Positions 16,442-25,952 of a stretch of DNA of 48,397 bases are shown piece by piece (the stretch's first letter is position 1; the number at the start of each line of letters is the position of its first letter). The position numbers and the translations under genes were made by a program. Under the pieces are notes generated by a model. It was given only the letters and a program-made list of their open reading frames with translations. It made no database searches and was not told the origin of the DNA. This stretch comes from Candidatus Poseidoniia archaeon (GTDB taxonomy: Archaea > Thermoplasmatota > Poseidoniia > MGIII > CG-Epi1), in the NCBI GenBank assembly GCA_022449785.1, contig JAKURQ010000005.1, positions 1 through 48,397 of the forward strand. The letters are read 5' to 3'.

Positions 16442-18765
16442 TTTCCAGCAAAAGGCCTTCTAGACCAAAGAACAAACGCGATCATTCCTATACCAAATCC
16501 AGTTAATCCGGCAACAATGGCTGCATTCTTTATTGTCCAGAAACCACTCTCTTCTTTCAAGGTAACAACTCCATTTTGAATATCGAGCCTACTTAGATTA
16601 AAAGCATTAAAGTTCATTTCAATAAAATTAGTTCCATTGTAAGTAGCCGAAGGTTCTCCAAATTCCAGTTTAGAGATACATGCTTGGTTTGGAGTATTCA
16701 TGTTAACTCCATCTGTGGAACATGCATAATCTGCATAATTTGTTAAATTTTCATCTACATAATGGTTTTCTGAACCCATTATTAATCTAACATTTACATC
16801 ATATGGAACCCGAGGCTCCCAAAATTCTTCAAGCGTTGCTCCTTGTGTTGGTTTGATACCCACAGCAGTCCCTTCTATTCCAAAAACCCAAAGATGACCA
16901 CTACTTGATTCATCTACAGATATTGTATATTCTTTAGCATTTGTATTGGTTCCAATACTTTGTGAATTATCATTTGAGCCATCACTATTTGTGTCAATTG
17001 ATAATTCTAAGTCTGCCACCGTAAATCTATCTGTGTTTACTTGTGGGTAAGATAACACTATTTCAGCACTTATAGTTCCCTCTGGAACGTGAACGTAATG
17101 AGTTGAGTCAGTCACATAAGTTCCACCACTGCCAACAAAGTATGCCCATTCTCCTTTCCACTCAGCCTTTAACGTATCTGTAAATTCTCTAGCCTTGTGA
17201 ATATGAGATATTCCTAACATTGCATCTCTAGCATCAAAAACAGTTACCATTTCATTATCAGGGATTCCATCTCCATTTTCATCTGCAGTTCTCAAACTTT
17301 CCAAGGTCAATGCCATTTGAACAGCAAGTTTTGTGTCAATTAATCCGTGACCTTGTCCCCAATCATGTTTCATTCCTGTATTACTTACAGTACCATTTGC
17401 GTTTGGTTGCCCTCCCTCAATGTAACGTCCTGAGAGCTCCAAAATTAGTTCGGCTTCACTAACGTAAGTATCAGTTCTATCTCCATACCATTCACCTTCA
17501 GTGGTTTCATGATCTTCGTAAATGTAATCAGCAACACCCAATGAAGGTGCAGCTTGGTATAGCAATGTAGCTACTCCTGCAATATGTGGTGTAGCCATAG
17601 AAGTTCCTGATATTGCCATGTAATACAAGTCATCATCAGTTGGCCTTTGTATTATATCAATTAAGGTAGCCCTTGGAGCAGTAGCCCAGATATTGACTCC
17701 TGGAGCTCCAATATCAGGCCAAGTTTGTGGCTTTGACATATCACCTCTAGATGAAAAGTCAGCTATTCCTGAACCATCATGCTCAAGTGCTGCAACTCCA
17801 ATTACTAATGGAATATTCGAGTAAGGATTTGTTTGTAAATCACTACCATCTCCTCCAGAATTTCCTGCTGCAAACACAGAAACTACATTATTATCATACT
17901 GCAAATTAAAAACAGCTTGAGAAATTGCATTAGAAGGATCATATTCTGAACCTGAACTTCCCCATGAGTTTGAAGTGACTCTGATATTCATTGGATTTGC
18001 ATCAGGTCTTGAATTGTCATAAACCCATTCAAATGCTTCTACTGCATTGTCTATGAATGCAATGTCGCCAACACCCATTCCAACTAATGTTGCACCCGGA
18101 GCGACTCCTTTCTTAGCACCTGCAGATGCATCTCCATTACCTCCAACAGTTCCAGCACAGTGTGTTCCGTGGCCACTTGAAGTATCTGAATTTTCAGCTT
18201 CTATCCAAGTTCTAGTTGCTCTATCAAATTTATACGAAACTGTTTTACCTTCATCATAATCAAAATCTGGATGACCTGCATCTACTCCTGTATCAATGAT
18301 TACTGCAGCGACCCCAGTCCCATCAATATACTCATGTTGATTAGATTGATCTGCGACAATATTTTCGTCTTCATCAATAATAACAGTTTGCCATGCTTCT
18401 ACTGCATTGATTACTCTAGTAGTATCTTGCATGTAATATTCCATTTGTGTATTATGTTCTATCCAAAAAATGTCATCTTGTCTACTTAAATCCTTTATTT
18501 GAGATGCTGTAGCTTTCCCATAGAATCCATCAATAAATTCAAAAATACTTATAATTTCTACACCTATTCCTTCTGCAGTCGCTAAGTGTTCTTCTGTTAA
18601 GGTAGGTCTATATTGAACTATAAATTCGATATCAGAATTATTGTTTGCGTCGTTAATTGCCCGAATAATATTAGGATGCAATACGTTTTCATTCGCGTTA
18701 GCAGACGTAACCGTCGGACTAACCAAAAGTAGTGCAATAACAATTAATGCTTTGAAGCGCTCCAT
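16438..18765 (-). CDS. secreted, C-terminally anchored S8 (subtilisin-like) serine protease
   Basis: Signal peptide, I9-like prodomain, IIDTG, GHGTH, AAGN, SGTSMATPH, C-terminal TM + RR. Confidence 0.95.
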   Translation of the reverse strand: MERFKALIVIALLLVSPTVTSANANENVLHPNIIRAINDANNNSDIEFIVQYRPTLTEEHLATAEGIGVEIISIFEFIDGFYGKATASQIKDLSRQDDIFWIEHNTQMEYYMQDTTRVINAVEAWQTVIIDEDENIVADQSNQHEYIDGTGVAAVIIDTGVDAGHPDFDYDEGKTVSYKFDRATRTWIEAENSDTSSGHGTHCAGTVGGNGDASAGAKKGVAPGATLVGMGVGDIAFIDNAVEAFEWVYDNSRPDANPMNIRVTSNSWGSSGSEYDPSNAISQAVFNLQYDNNVVSVFAAGNSGGDGSDLQTNPYSNIPLVIGVAALEHDGSGIADFSSRGDMSKPQTWPDIGAPGVNIWATAPRATLIDIIQRPTDDDLYYMAISGTSMATPHIAGVATLLYQAAPSLGVADYIYEDHETTEGEWYGDRTDTYVSEAELILELSGRYIEGGQPNANGTVSNTGMKHDWGQGHGLIDTKLAVQMALTLESLRTADENGDGIPDNEMVTVFDARDAMLGISHIHKAREFTDTLKAEWKGEWAYFVGSGGTYVTDSTHYVHVPEGTISAEIVLSYPQVNTDRFTVADLELSIDTNSDGSNDNSQSIGTNTNAKEYTISVDESSSGHLWVFGIEGTAVGIKPTQGATLEEFWEPRVPYDVNVRLIMGSENHYVDENLTNYADYACSTDGVNMNTPNQACISKLEFGEPSATYNGTNFIEMNFNAFNLSRLDIQNGVVTLKEESGFWTIKNAAIVAGLTGFGIGMIAFVLWSRRPFAGN

Positions 18766-18797
18766 AATCTGTTTTCATTGAGGCAGGATAAAAACTT

Positions 18798-19361
18798 TTA
18801 GTTGTCTAATACTCTTACGTTAGCTTCTTTCAATTCTTTCAAAAGTTCAATGCTATCATTCATAGATAGACAACATTTTAAAGTATAAACTTCATACATT
18901 CTATGAAAACTACTGGCTAAAATATCAACACCTTTTTCATGATTTTTGAAAGTTACATTGATTATTTTTTTCAAAGGTATTCCTCCACTAAGAGGTTCTC
19001 CCTCCATCATTGGCCCTATAGCATCAAAATTCATATCTCCTCCTTCAAATACTAAATGATCTCCATAAATCATCAACCATCTTCCCTTTCTATTCACATC
19101 TTCCCAAGCCGATGATGCAGGTAGTGGAGGTCCATCTTCAGCTAATAAGTCATCTTTATTATCAATCCAGTTATCATCATTCCATGGTTCAACTGGCATT
19201 CTTTCTTCCAACAATAAAGAAACGGGAATCCAATCATCATTATCAAAAAAAGTTGCCTCTTTTGTTAATTCTCCACTTTTCACATCATTAATGATTCTAT
19301 CCAATGGAATTGGTCCGTAGACCTCTTCTTCTACTTTTACAAGAAATTCTTCTTTCTCCAT
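18798..19361 (-). CDS. GYF_2 (DUF4339)-like N-terminal domain protein
   Basis: YGPIPLDRIINDVKSGELTKEATFF...WIPV resembles GYF_2; the C-terminal half is unassigned. Confidence 0.55.
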   Translation of the reverse strand: MEKEEFLVKVEEEVYGPIPLDRIINDVKSGELTKEATFFDNDDWIPVSLLLEERMPVEPWNDDNWIDNKDDLLAEDGPPLPASSAWEDVNRKGRWLMIYGDHLVFEGGDMNFDAIGPMMEGEPLSGGIPLKKIINVTFKNHEKGVDILASSFHRMYEVYTLKCCLSMNDSIELLKELKEANVRVLDN

Positions 19362-20732
19362 TTAGGCCTCGTATACGTATGCACTTCTTGAATCTAGGTC
19401 TGGAATTTCTCCAAGCTTCCAACCCTCTGCCGTTGTTTCAGCAAAATAATAACCTATTTCATTCTCCTCTCCTTCGTTTAAAATGTAATAGATTCCTTCA
19501 GCCCCTGTCAAATTTACACCAACTGCCGCATGGCCATAATCATCCCAAGCTTCAGGTATTAAGACCATAGCAGCTTCGTATCCTAAGGATTCTAACAAAG
19601 AGATTAAAAGTGCTGAACTGTCTTCGCAATCTCCCGTTTGTTCAACTAATGTTTCAATAGGATATCTTGGATATTCTCCAACTCCAGCAGTTAGATTATC
19701 TTCTGAATATTTTAAAGATTGAACAAAACTCATAATGAAATTTACTTCTGACAAGCTGTCAAATCCTTTTTCATTTGATAAACTTCTAAGAATTTGTGCT
19801 ATCTCTACAACAGCCGTTTCCTCTTTAGTGACGAATTTAATGTAATCACTGTATTCCACAACATAATGCCCTTGATTTTTGTAATATGCGTATCTTTGAG
19901 GATCAAAATTATAGCTTAATTGGTATTCGACGGTATTGTATTTCCAAGTATAAGATAGTAAATATCCAAAAGAGTAGGTTTCAATCTCAATATAGATTCT
20001 TGCATCATCATTTTCGTTTGAATCATCTAAAGATCCATCTAGCGTCCAATTTTTAACACGGTTAAATGAGTTTGTAGTATAATTATACAAAATGGTTGCC
20101 CAGTATGTCTCGTTGGATTCACTTATATCAAATTCTTCAGGATTTCTGAATTTGTAGTAAATTGCAACAATTGTAAATTCATATTCGGTTTGATTATCAG
20201 GTATGTTTAGTTCAAAATCACTATTCAGCGTGTATGTTTCTTGCCATGGGACTCTCCATGGGGTGTTGTCATTATCAAAACGATGAAGTTGCTCTTCACC
20301 TTGATACAAATAAATTACTAAAGGCGCGTCTGGACGATTATTCTGTTTATCTATTAACTCAACCCACCCCACATTAAATTTCAAGGCCACATCGTGAAAA
20401 GGATTTATGTCTGTAAGATCAAGGAATCCATCATTATCATCGTCTAAGTCTTCATTATCGCCAATTCCATCTAAATCATTATCATTATATTCATTAGAAT
20501 TATTTGGAAAATAATCATCAGTGTCATTATAACCATCATTATCATCGTCTAAGTCCTCATTATCTCCAATCCCATCTTGGTCACTATCTTTCCATTCATT
20601 TGCATTATCTGGAAAATCATCACTATCATTTGGAACTCCATCAAAATCTCTGTCATACATGTATTCACTAGTAAAAATGCCAAGAAAAGCACCCACAAGC
20701 AGAATCAAAATTATTTTATTATTTCGGTTCAT
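19362..20732 (-). CDS. membrane-anchored protein with thrombospondin type-3 (Ca-binding) repeats and a transglutaminase-like domain
   Basis: DSDQDGIGDNEDLDDDNDG repeats; YPIETL..GDCEDSS, GHAAVGV, AETT. Confidence 0.82.
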   Translation of the reverse strand: MNRNNKIILILLVGAFLGIFTSEYMYDRDFDGVPNDSDDFPDNANEWKDSDQDGIGDNEDLDDDNDGYNDTDDYFPNNSNEYNDNDLDGIGDNEDLDDDNDGFLDLTDINPFHDVALKFNVGWVELIDKQNNRPDAPLVIYLYQGEEQLHRFDNDNTPWRVPWQETYTLNSDFELNIPDNQTEYEFTIVAIYYKFRNPEEFDISESNETYWATILYNYTTNSFNRVKNWTLDGSLDDSNENDDARIYIEIETYSFGYLLSYTWKYNTVEYQLSYNFDPQRYAYYKNQGHYVVEYSDYIKFVTKEETAVVEIAQILRSLSNEKGFDSLSEVNFIMSFVQSLKYSEDNLTAGVGEYPRYPIETLVEQTGDCEDSSALLISLLESLGYEAAMVLIPEAWDDYGHAAVGVNLTGAEGIYYILNEGEENEIGYYFAETTAEGWKLGEIPDLDSRSAYVYEA

Positions 20733-21373
20733 TATAATTCCAGTAGTGCAGGTAATTCGTTCATATTCATGAAAGGTATTGCACCAGCATGCCTCAATTG
20801 TTCTTCTGAAAAAAGGTTGTTTATTATTCCGTAAACTTCCATTTCCGCATTCACAGCAGCAGTTACTCCAGTAACACTATCTTCTATAACAGCACATTCA
20901 CTTGGTACAAATCCCATCTTTTTAGCCGCATAAAGAAAAAGCTCAGGTGAAGGTTTTGGTTTAGAAACTTCTGAAGCCGTGAATATGTTTTCATCGAAAA
21001 AATCATAAAGTTTTGTTAATCTTAGAGAATGTCTAACGTGCGTGGGCTCTCCATTCGAAGCCACACATATGGGAATCTTTATTTTTTCTAGAAGTTCTTT
21101 AACTCCTTTGACAGGCCTGAGTTTTGATTCCCATGATTCATTAACTCTTTGAATTAATCTTGGTAACCAATCATTTGGTAAGTCATTTCCAGATAACTCT
21201 CTCATTTTGTACACAACACCATCAAGTGTTTTTCCTCCGAATGTAGCACTAGCTTCTTCCCCACTCATCTCAATACCCAATTCACTAGCCATTTCGGCAA
21301 TTACTTGGTTAGTAATAGCTTCACTATCCACTAAGGTTCCATCACAATCAAAGATGATACATTTCGGTGTCAT
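20732..21373 (-). CDS. HAD-superfamily IA phosphatase
   Basis: FDCDGTLVDSE, VASN, KPSPELF, IEDSVTGV. Confidence 0.92.
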   Translation of the reverse strand: MTPKCIIFDCDGTLVDSEAITNQVIAEMASELGIEMSGEEASATFGGKTLDGVVYKMRELSGNDLPNDWLPRLIQRVNESWESKLRPVKGVKELLEKIKIPICVASNGEPTHVRHSLRLTKLYDFFDENIFTASEVSKPKPSPELFLYAAKKMGFVPSECAVIEDSVTGVTAAVNAEMEVYGIINNLFSEEQLRHAGAIPFMNMNELPALLEL

Positions 21374-22671
21374 TAGTAAACCGTCACATCCTCAGATTTC
21401 ATTATTTCTCTAAGGAAAGATGTAGCATATGTACCCTTGTGTAGCCAAAAATCAAAAACAGGAGCCCCCTCTTCATCAATTTTCCATTCCAAATCATTGA
21501 TCTTTTGAGTAAGTGGTCTATGCATTCCTAATGAAGTCAATTCTGGTACGCCTTCTATTCTAAAATCCTTAAAATCTACATTTTCTTCTTTCATGACTAT
21601 TTTTTCCAATTCACCTTGAAATCCATTTGTATGCTCGCTTTTCATTCCAGGTAGAAGTCCTACAACCCATGCCTTCCCCTCCCGACATCTCTTTTCTAAT
21701 TTCTTTTGATTATATTTAGTGACTTCAATAATCCTTCTTTGGTCAGGCCCTTCATAAGAATCTGCAGGAATCACATTATCGCCTATTAATGGAATATGAA
21801 TACTATTTCCACTATCAATTCGCATATCGATAATCCTATTGAAAATTGCACTTTGGTATGCATGGACAAACATTTTTGACAAATTTTCAGGCAATTGTTT
21901 CAAGGCCCCAATATAATCTCCTTTTTTTCTTGTAAGATATCCTATCATTTGTCTTTCGAATAGCATACTGCGAGGATAATTTTCTAGAGCTGCATTCAAA
22001 TCCCTCGTTTCTTTTAGATCTCTTCTTGCCTCAAATCCTGAGAATTTTTCATCACCATCTGATAAATAAGACCAAACTGCACCTTCATAGTCTCCTTTTA
22101 CAATCTTTTCACCTACAGTATGTGTTATTGGTCTTATAGCTCCAAATCTTTGAATTCCAAAGTAATTAGGAAAACCACTTTTTAATTCATCAATTATAGT
22201 TCTAATATCTTTTTCATTTGTAACTGAATTAGATACCTTGATTGTGAATCTATTACCTACTAAATTCCCTAGCCTAATTGGTTTTATTGTTCGATGACAA
22301 AATTCAACTTTTACATTTTCTATTTTTATCTTTTCTATTTTACTTTGCTGAGCCATGACTGAAAAATATTGAGTTGTCAAAGCTCTTTTGTCTTTAGTTC
22401 CAGCAAATCCAATTGCTTTTTGTCCAATTCCTAGTTCTTTTGCTAGCTCTTTAACTAGAACATGTGTATCCCAATTCTTTGCAGTTATTCTAACAATAGA
22501 ATGTTTTCCATGTTTATTTTCCTTCGCCCAAATCCAATGAGATTTTTCATTATTAGAAATAATTTCATCAACCTTAAAATCTTCAGGTTTCTTGCGTAAT
22601 TTCCCACCAATACCTTTTGAGTTTGATAAATATCTCTCTTTTCCTACTTCCGGTCTAGCCGGTGAATTCAT
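21373..22671 (-). CDS. truD: tRNA pseudouridine(13) synthase
   Basis: PEDFKVDE, FAGTKDKRALTTQ, GNRF, PNYFGIQRFG, GTYATSFLREIMK. Confidence 0.97.
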   Translation of the reverse strand: MNSPARPEVGKERYLSNSKGIGGKLRKKPEDFKVDEIISNNEKSHWIWAKENKHGKHSIVRITAKNWDTHVLVKELAKELGIGQKAIGFAGTKDKRALTTQYFSVMAQQSKIEKIKIENVKVEFCHRTIKPIRLGNLVGNRFTIKVSNSVTNEKDIRTIIDELKSGFPNYFGIQRFGAIRPITHTVGEKIVKGDYEGAVWSYLSDGDEKFSGFEARRDLKETRDLNAALENYPRSMLFERQMIGYLTRKKGDYIGALKQLPENLSKMFVHAYQSAIFNRIIDMRIDSGNSIHIPLIGDNVIPADSYEGPDQRRIIEVTKYNQKKLEKRCREGKAWVVGLLPGMKSEHTNGFQGELEKIVMKEENVDFKDFRIEGVPELTSLGMHRPLTQKINDLEWKIDEEGAPVFDFWLHKGTYATSFLREIMKSEDVTVY

Positions 22672-22674
22672 GTC

Positions 22675-22938
22675 CTAAGCTAATTTATCGCGGATTGTCT
22701 TTATGTCTCCGACGATGATGTCCATAGCTTTTTGGATTGCTTTTTTAGGAGTGCCCTTTTTCGTTCTAACATAAAATTTAGGACTGTCCAAAACGATGTG
22801 TCCCATGTAATAAGATGCATAATCAACATCAGGATTGGCAAGTGTATGGTTCATTAGTGGACCTAACAAAGTTTCGTTAGCACCACGTATTTCAATTTCC
22901 AATTCGTTCTTGGTCTTGTTAATTACGGAAACTTCCAT
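22675..22938 (-). CDS. rpoL: RNA polymerase subunit Rpo11 (L)
   Basis: ELEIEIRG..ETLLGPL...VDYASY..GH....PKFYVRT; 87 aa. Confidence 0.9.
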   Translation of the reverse strand: MEVSVINKTKNELEIEIRGANETLLGPLMNHTLANPDVDYASYYMGHIVLDSPKFYVRTKKGTPKKAIQKAMDIIVGDIKTIRDKLA

Positions 22939-22963
22939 GGAGTTGTGCGGACTTAGAGGGGTA

Positions 22964-23995
22964 TTATAAAGATTGGGCGAGTTTTACAGCTTCACGCCTT
23001 TTTGTTTTTGGAGCGTTTGTTTTTATCCCAAGAGGTGAAAATATACTTGAACTGGCAAAGTATCCTAGCTCTTCTAAACATTTTATTATTTTATCACGTT
23101 TAGGTGTTTGCCCCACCTTTGCATTTCTAGCAATATCATTTATATCATATAAACCAGGAGGACCATTTGCTTCATTTCTAAGTGTCTGGAAGAATTTACC
23201 TAATTTTCCTTCACAATCAGTAGGTACTAAATTTTCATTTATTATTTTATCAACCCAAAGTGGCCCTCCTGCATCTTTTTCTTCCTTATCGATGACCTCC
23301 ATATCTAGATTAATCCATTTTAGTTTTGTATTATTTTTCTTGACTAACCTAATGAAGACTCGTAGATGATGCCCCTCAGAATAACACAATAAAGGTTCTA
23401 TTCCTTTTCCTATATCAGATGCAATTGAGTGTATTTTTGCTAATAATATTCGAACGCCAATTTCTTTAGCAGAAACCCATTTCATTGACCTAGCCCCATA
23501 TCTTTTCATGCAAATTGATGGTTTTGCTCCACATAGAACAGCAGTGTCAGTTGCAGAAACTCCTAGAATTCCATTGTCATTTAATCCTTTGATTGCAGCT
23601 TCTAGAAAGGGAGCTGGTGTTCCAAAGGGATCAATGTCAATACAATCATATTTCATTCTTTTCAATAGTTCTTCTACAGGTTCATTGTAAACTTCAGCAA
23701 CAATACCATTCAGTTTTAGGTTTTCTACAATAGTTTTTGTGGATAGTTGCGAAGTGTCACAAAATTCTACATTTAGGCCAGCTTCAAGTGCGAGTCTAAT
23801 TCCTCTTATTCCAGATGCTGCCAATCCATCAAGTACTTTACCTTTTATTTCTAATTCTTTTGCAAAAGCAATATGCAAATCCCTGCTCATTTTCATAGCA
23901 GGATTATAGAATACGCCTTTTGCTTTTCCAGGTCCTTTGTCTTTGCCTGAAAGATTTGCCTTGAATACCGCTTTTCCTTCTTGATGTTCCTTCAC
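22964..23995 (-). CDS. trm1: tRNA (guanine26-N2)-dimethyltransferase
   Basis: VFYNPAM..SRD, LAASGIRGIR, DIDPFGTP, ATDTAVLCG, GPLW. Confidence 0.95.
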   Translation of the reverse strand: MKEHQEGKAVFKANLSGKDKGPGKAKGVFYNPAMKMSRDLHIAFAKELEIKGKVLDGLAASGIRGIRLALEAGLNVEFCDTSQLSTKTIVENLKLNGIVAEVYNEPVEELLKRMKYDCIDIDPFGTPAPFLEAAIKGLNDNGILGVSATDTAVLCGAKPSICMKRYGARSMKWVSAKEIGVRILLAKIHSIASDIGKGIEPLLCYSEGHHLRVFIRLVKKNNTKLKWINLDMEVIDKEEKDAGGPLWVDKIINENLVPTDCEGKLGKFFQTLRNEANGPPGLYDINDIARNAKVGQTPKRDKIIKCLEELGYFASSSIFSPLGIKTNAPKTKRREAVKLAQSL

Positions 23996-24552
23996 ACCAT
24001 TCCAGTTTTCAATATATTAACAGCTTTTGAAGGCAGAATAGCTGAATTTATGGGAGTCACTTCTAGTGTTCTTAGATCATCTCTCTTACGGATTGATTGT
24101 AACAATGGATTCCTTGATCTTTTGTGCATTGTAATTAGCATTGGTTTTCCGCATTTCAGTGCTTCTTTGAGTATAGCACTGAATTCTTTTGATTCAGATA
24201 CTAATTTCCCTACTTCATCCACTAAAATAAGGTCTGCATCTTCAATAGCTCTGGCAACAGAATCCGTTGCGATTCTATTAACTGCATCTAATCTAATTCC
24301 CAATGGTGTTGATTCAGGTGTCTTTCCAGGAACTCTTGGTTTTACATCCCACCTTACTGATGCCGAGAGTTCTTCTTCACCAGTAGTATAATCCTTCAAA
24401 TTGTATCCAATCAATTCGCCCTCTTCGTGAATAGGGTGTGTGGTAAATCCACCGATACTAAATTTATCTTCAATCATTTTAGCTATTCTGAGGACAGTTT
24501 TTGTTTTACCAGTACCTGGCTGGCCAGAGATAGCTACCTTTACGGGAATCAT
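23992..24552 (-). CDS. nucleoside triphosphatase (THEP1/NTPase_1 family)
   Basis: ISGQPGTGKT, GGFTT, LVDEVGK. Confidence 0.9.
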   Translation of the reverse strand: MIPVKVAISGQPGTGKTKTVLRIAKMIEDKFSIGGFTTHPIHEEGELIGYNLKDYTTGEEELSASVRWDVKPRVPGKTPESTPLGIRLDAVNRIATDSVARAIEDADLILVDEVGKLVSESKEFSAILKEALKCGKPMLITMHKRSRNPLLQSIRKRDDLRTLEVTPINSAILPSKAVNILKTGMV

Positions 24553-24605
24553 AACTTGGCGGCTATAATTGGCACCTGTGTATAAGTATATGTCTCATTT
24601 CTCAT

Positions 24606-25433
24606 TTAGTTTTTTAGTCTTTCAGGACATCCCTTTCTTCTAGAGCAATTATTACACTTTCCAACTCTTTTATGGTTGCGATGCGCTTCCATTTTTCCCT
24701 TTAGAATGTCATTCATTTCTTCTAATTTTTCATTAACTAATCCTTTCAAATCTGAATCCCATTTTACTTCATGAGGCTCATTTTCAAACCCATATCTTAT
24801 TTGACCATGACTTGGCTTTACTCCAAATGTTTCCTCAGATAATAAACAATAGGCACCAATTTGCAAAACATGACTAAAAAAAGGGGCTTTCGGTCTTCGT
24901 CCTGTTTTTACTTCTACAGGTATACGTTGTTCCTTATCCTTAATTAAATAATCAGGGCGTCCGGCTAAATTGAATTTTGCAGACTTTAACACAGGCGTCT
25001 CCCTAGTAAGTCCATCTGGAGTTTCTATATCTGTTTCTCCTAGTTTATAATCATCTCTTAATTTATCAATCTTTTCAGTAGATACTAATAACCGGTAAAG
25101 GAAAAAAGATGCTACAAGCATCCATCCAATTCCAATTATTAAAAGAATAAAACCAAGATTAATGTCATCATTTGAGATTAATAGGATAATTAGTGCAACA
25201 GTTACTAAGGCCATAATCATAGATACAACAGTTATTAGTGTTGTTGAAGTCTCTCTCGATTTTTCTTCCTCTACAAGGAGATTCTTTAATGAATCTCCCA
25301 TTTCTTTATGTTTCTCAACACCAGTATTTACTTCAGTACCTTCAGCATCTATTCCTTTGAGATCTAAGTGCCAAGATAAGGGGCAATAACCATAGCGTTC
25401 CATTTCTGACGCCGATATAATTTGCTTAGGCAT
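24606..25433 (-). CDS. solo Cas4-like PD-(D/E)xK nuclease with Fe-S cysteines and two inserted TM helices
   Basis: ISASEM..Y.YCP, GRPDY, PVEVKTG, QIGAY, KCNNC.....C; two hydrophobic segments at about aa 63-115. Confidence 0.85.
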   Translation of the reverse strand: MPKQIISASEMERYGYCPLSWHLDLKGIDAEGTEVNTGVEKHKEMGDSLKNLLVEEEKSRETSTTLITVVSMIMALVTVALIILLISNDDINLGFILLIIGIGWMLVASFFLYRLLVSTEKIDKLRDDYKLGETDIETPDGLTRETPVLKSAKFNLAGRPDYLIKDKEQRIPVEVKTGRRPKAPFFSHVLQIGAYCLLSEETFGVKPSHGQIRYGFENEPHEVKWDSDLKGLVNEKLEEMNDILKGKMEAHRNHKRVGKCNNCSRRKGCPERLKN

Positions 25434-25502
25434 GTGTGTTGAGTCCGGGGTTGAGTCCAGTAATCTGCCAATACACTCTGACTAATAAAAGATATCATCT
25501 AA

Positions 25503-25952
25503 TCAAAAGCTGAAATATTGATCATGCCAAGCTAAATTTCCATAATCTTTTATTTTATAATTATAAACAATGTTTTGTTTCCCTTCATTACTATTAAATT
25601 CTACAACAATAACCAAATCATATTCATCTGCATGTGGCCCATCGAAAATTAATGGAGGAAGTTTAACAGATTGTTTTGCTTTTAGTATTCCTGGATAATT
25701 AGTTTCAGTTACTAACATTTCAGTTCCGTTCCAAATTGAACTCTTAACTTTCAAATCAGTTATTTCTTGAGTACCTGCATTGTTCATTTTTGATTGTACA
25801 AATAAAGCAGAATAGGAACTATGGTAGACAGTATCTATCTCAACCTCTGTTCTTGGTATAACATACGAATAACAGATGAAAATTAGAAACAATGCAAGGA
25901 TAACAGTACCTGTTTTCACTAATACTCGTTTTTGTTCTTTACTAAAAATCAT
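25503..25952 (-). CDS. membrane-anchored hypothetical protein (Ig-like beta domain likely)
   Basis: N-terminal TM followed by a beta-rich domain; 4-nt overlap with the upstream giant gene. Confidence 0.65.
   Translation of the reverse strand: MIFSKEQKRVLVKTGTVILALFLIFICYSYVIPRTEVEIDTVYHSSYSALFVQSKMNNAGTQEITDLKVKSSIWNGTEMLVTETNYPGILKAKQSVKLPPLIFDGPHADEYDLVIVVEFNSNEGKQNIVYNYKIKDYGNLAWHDQYFSF

Noticed and set aside
20420..20660. Short DNA direct repeats as a possible CRISPR or mobile repeat
   Set aside because: They are in-frame coding repeats for TSP3 Ca-binding motifs.
24606..25433. CRISPR-Cas locus
   Set aside because: No repeat-spacer array or other cas genes are visible in the window.
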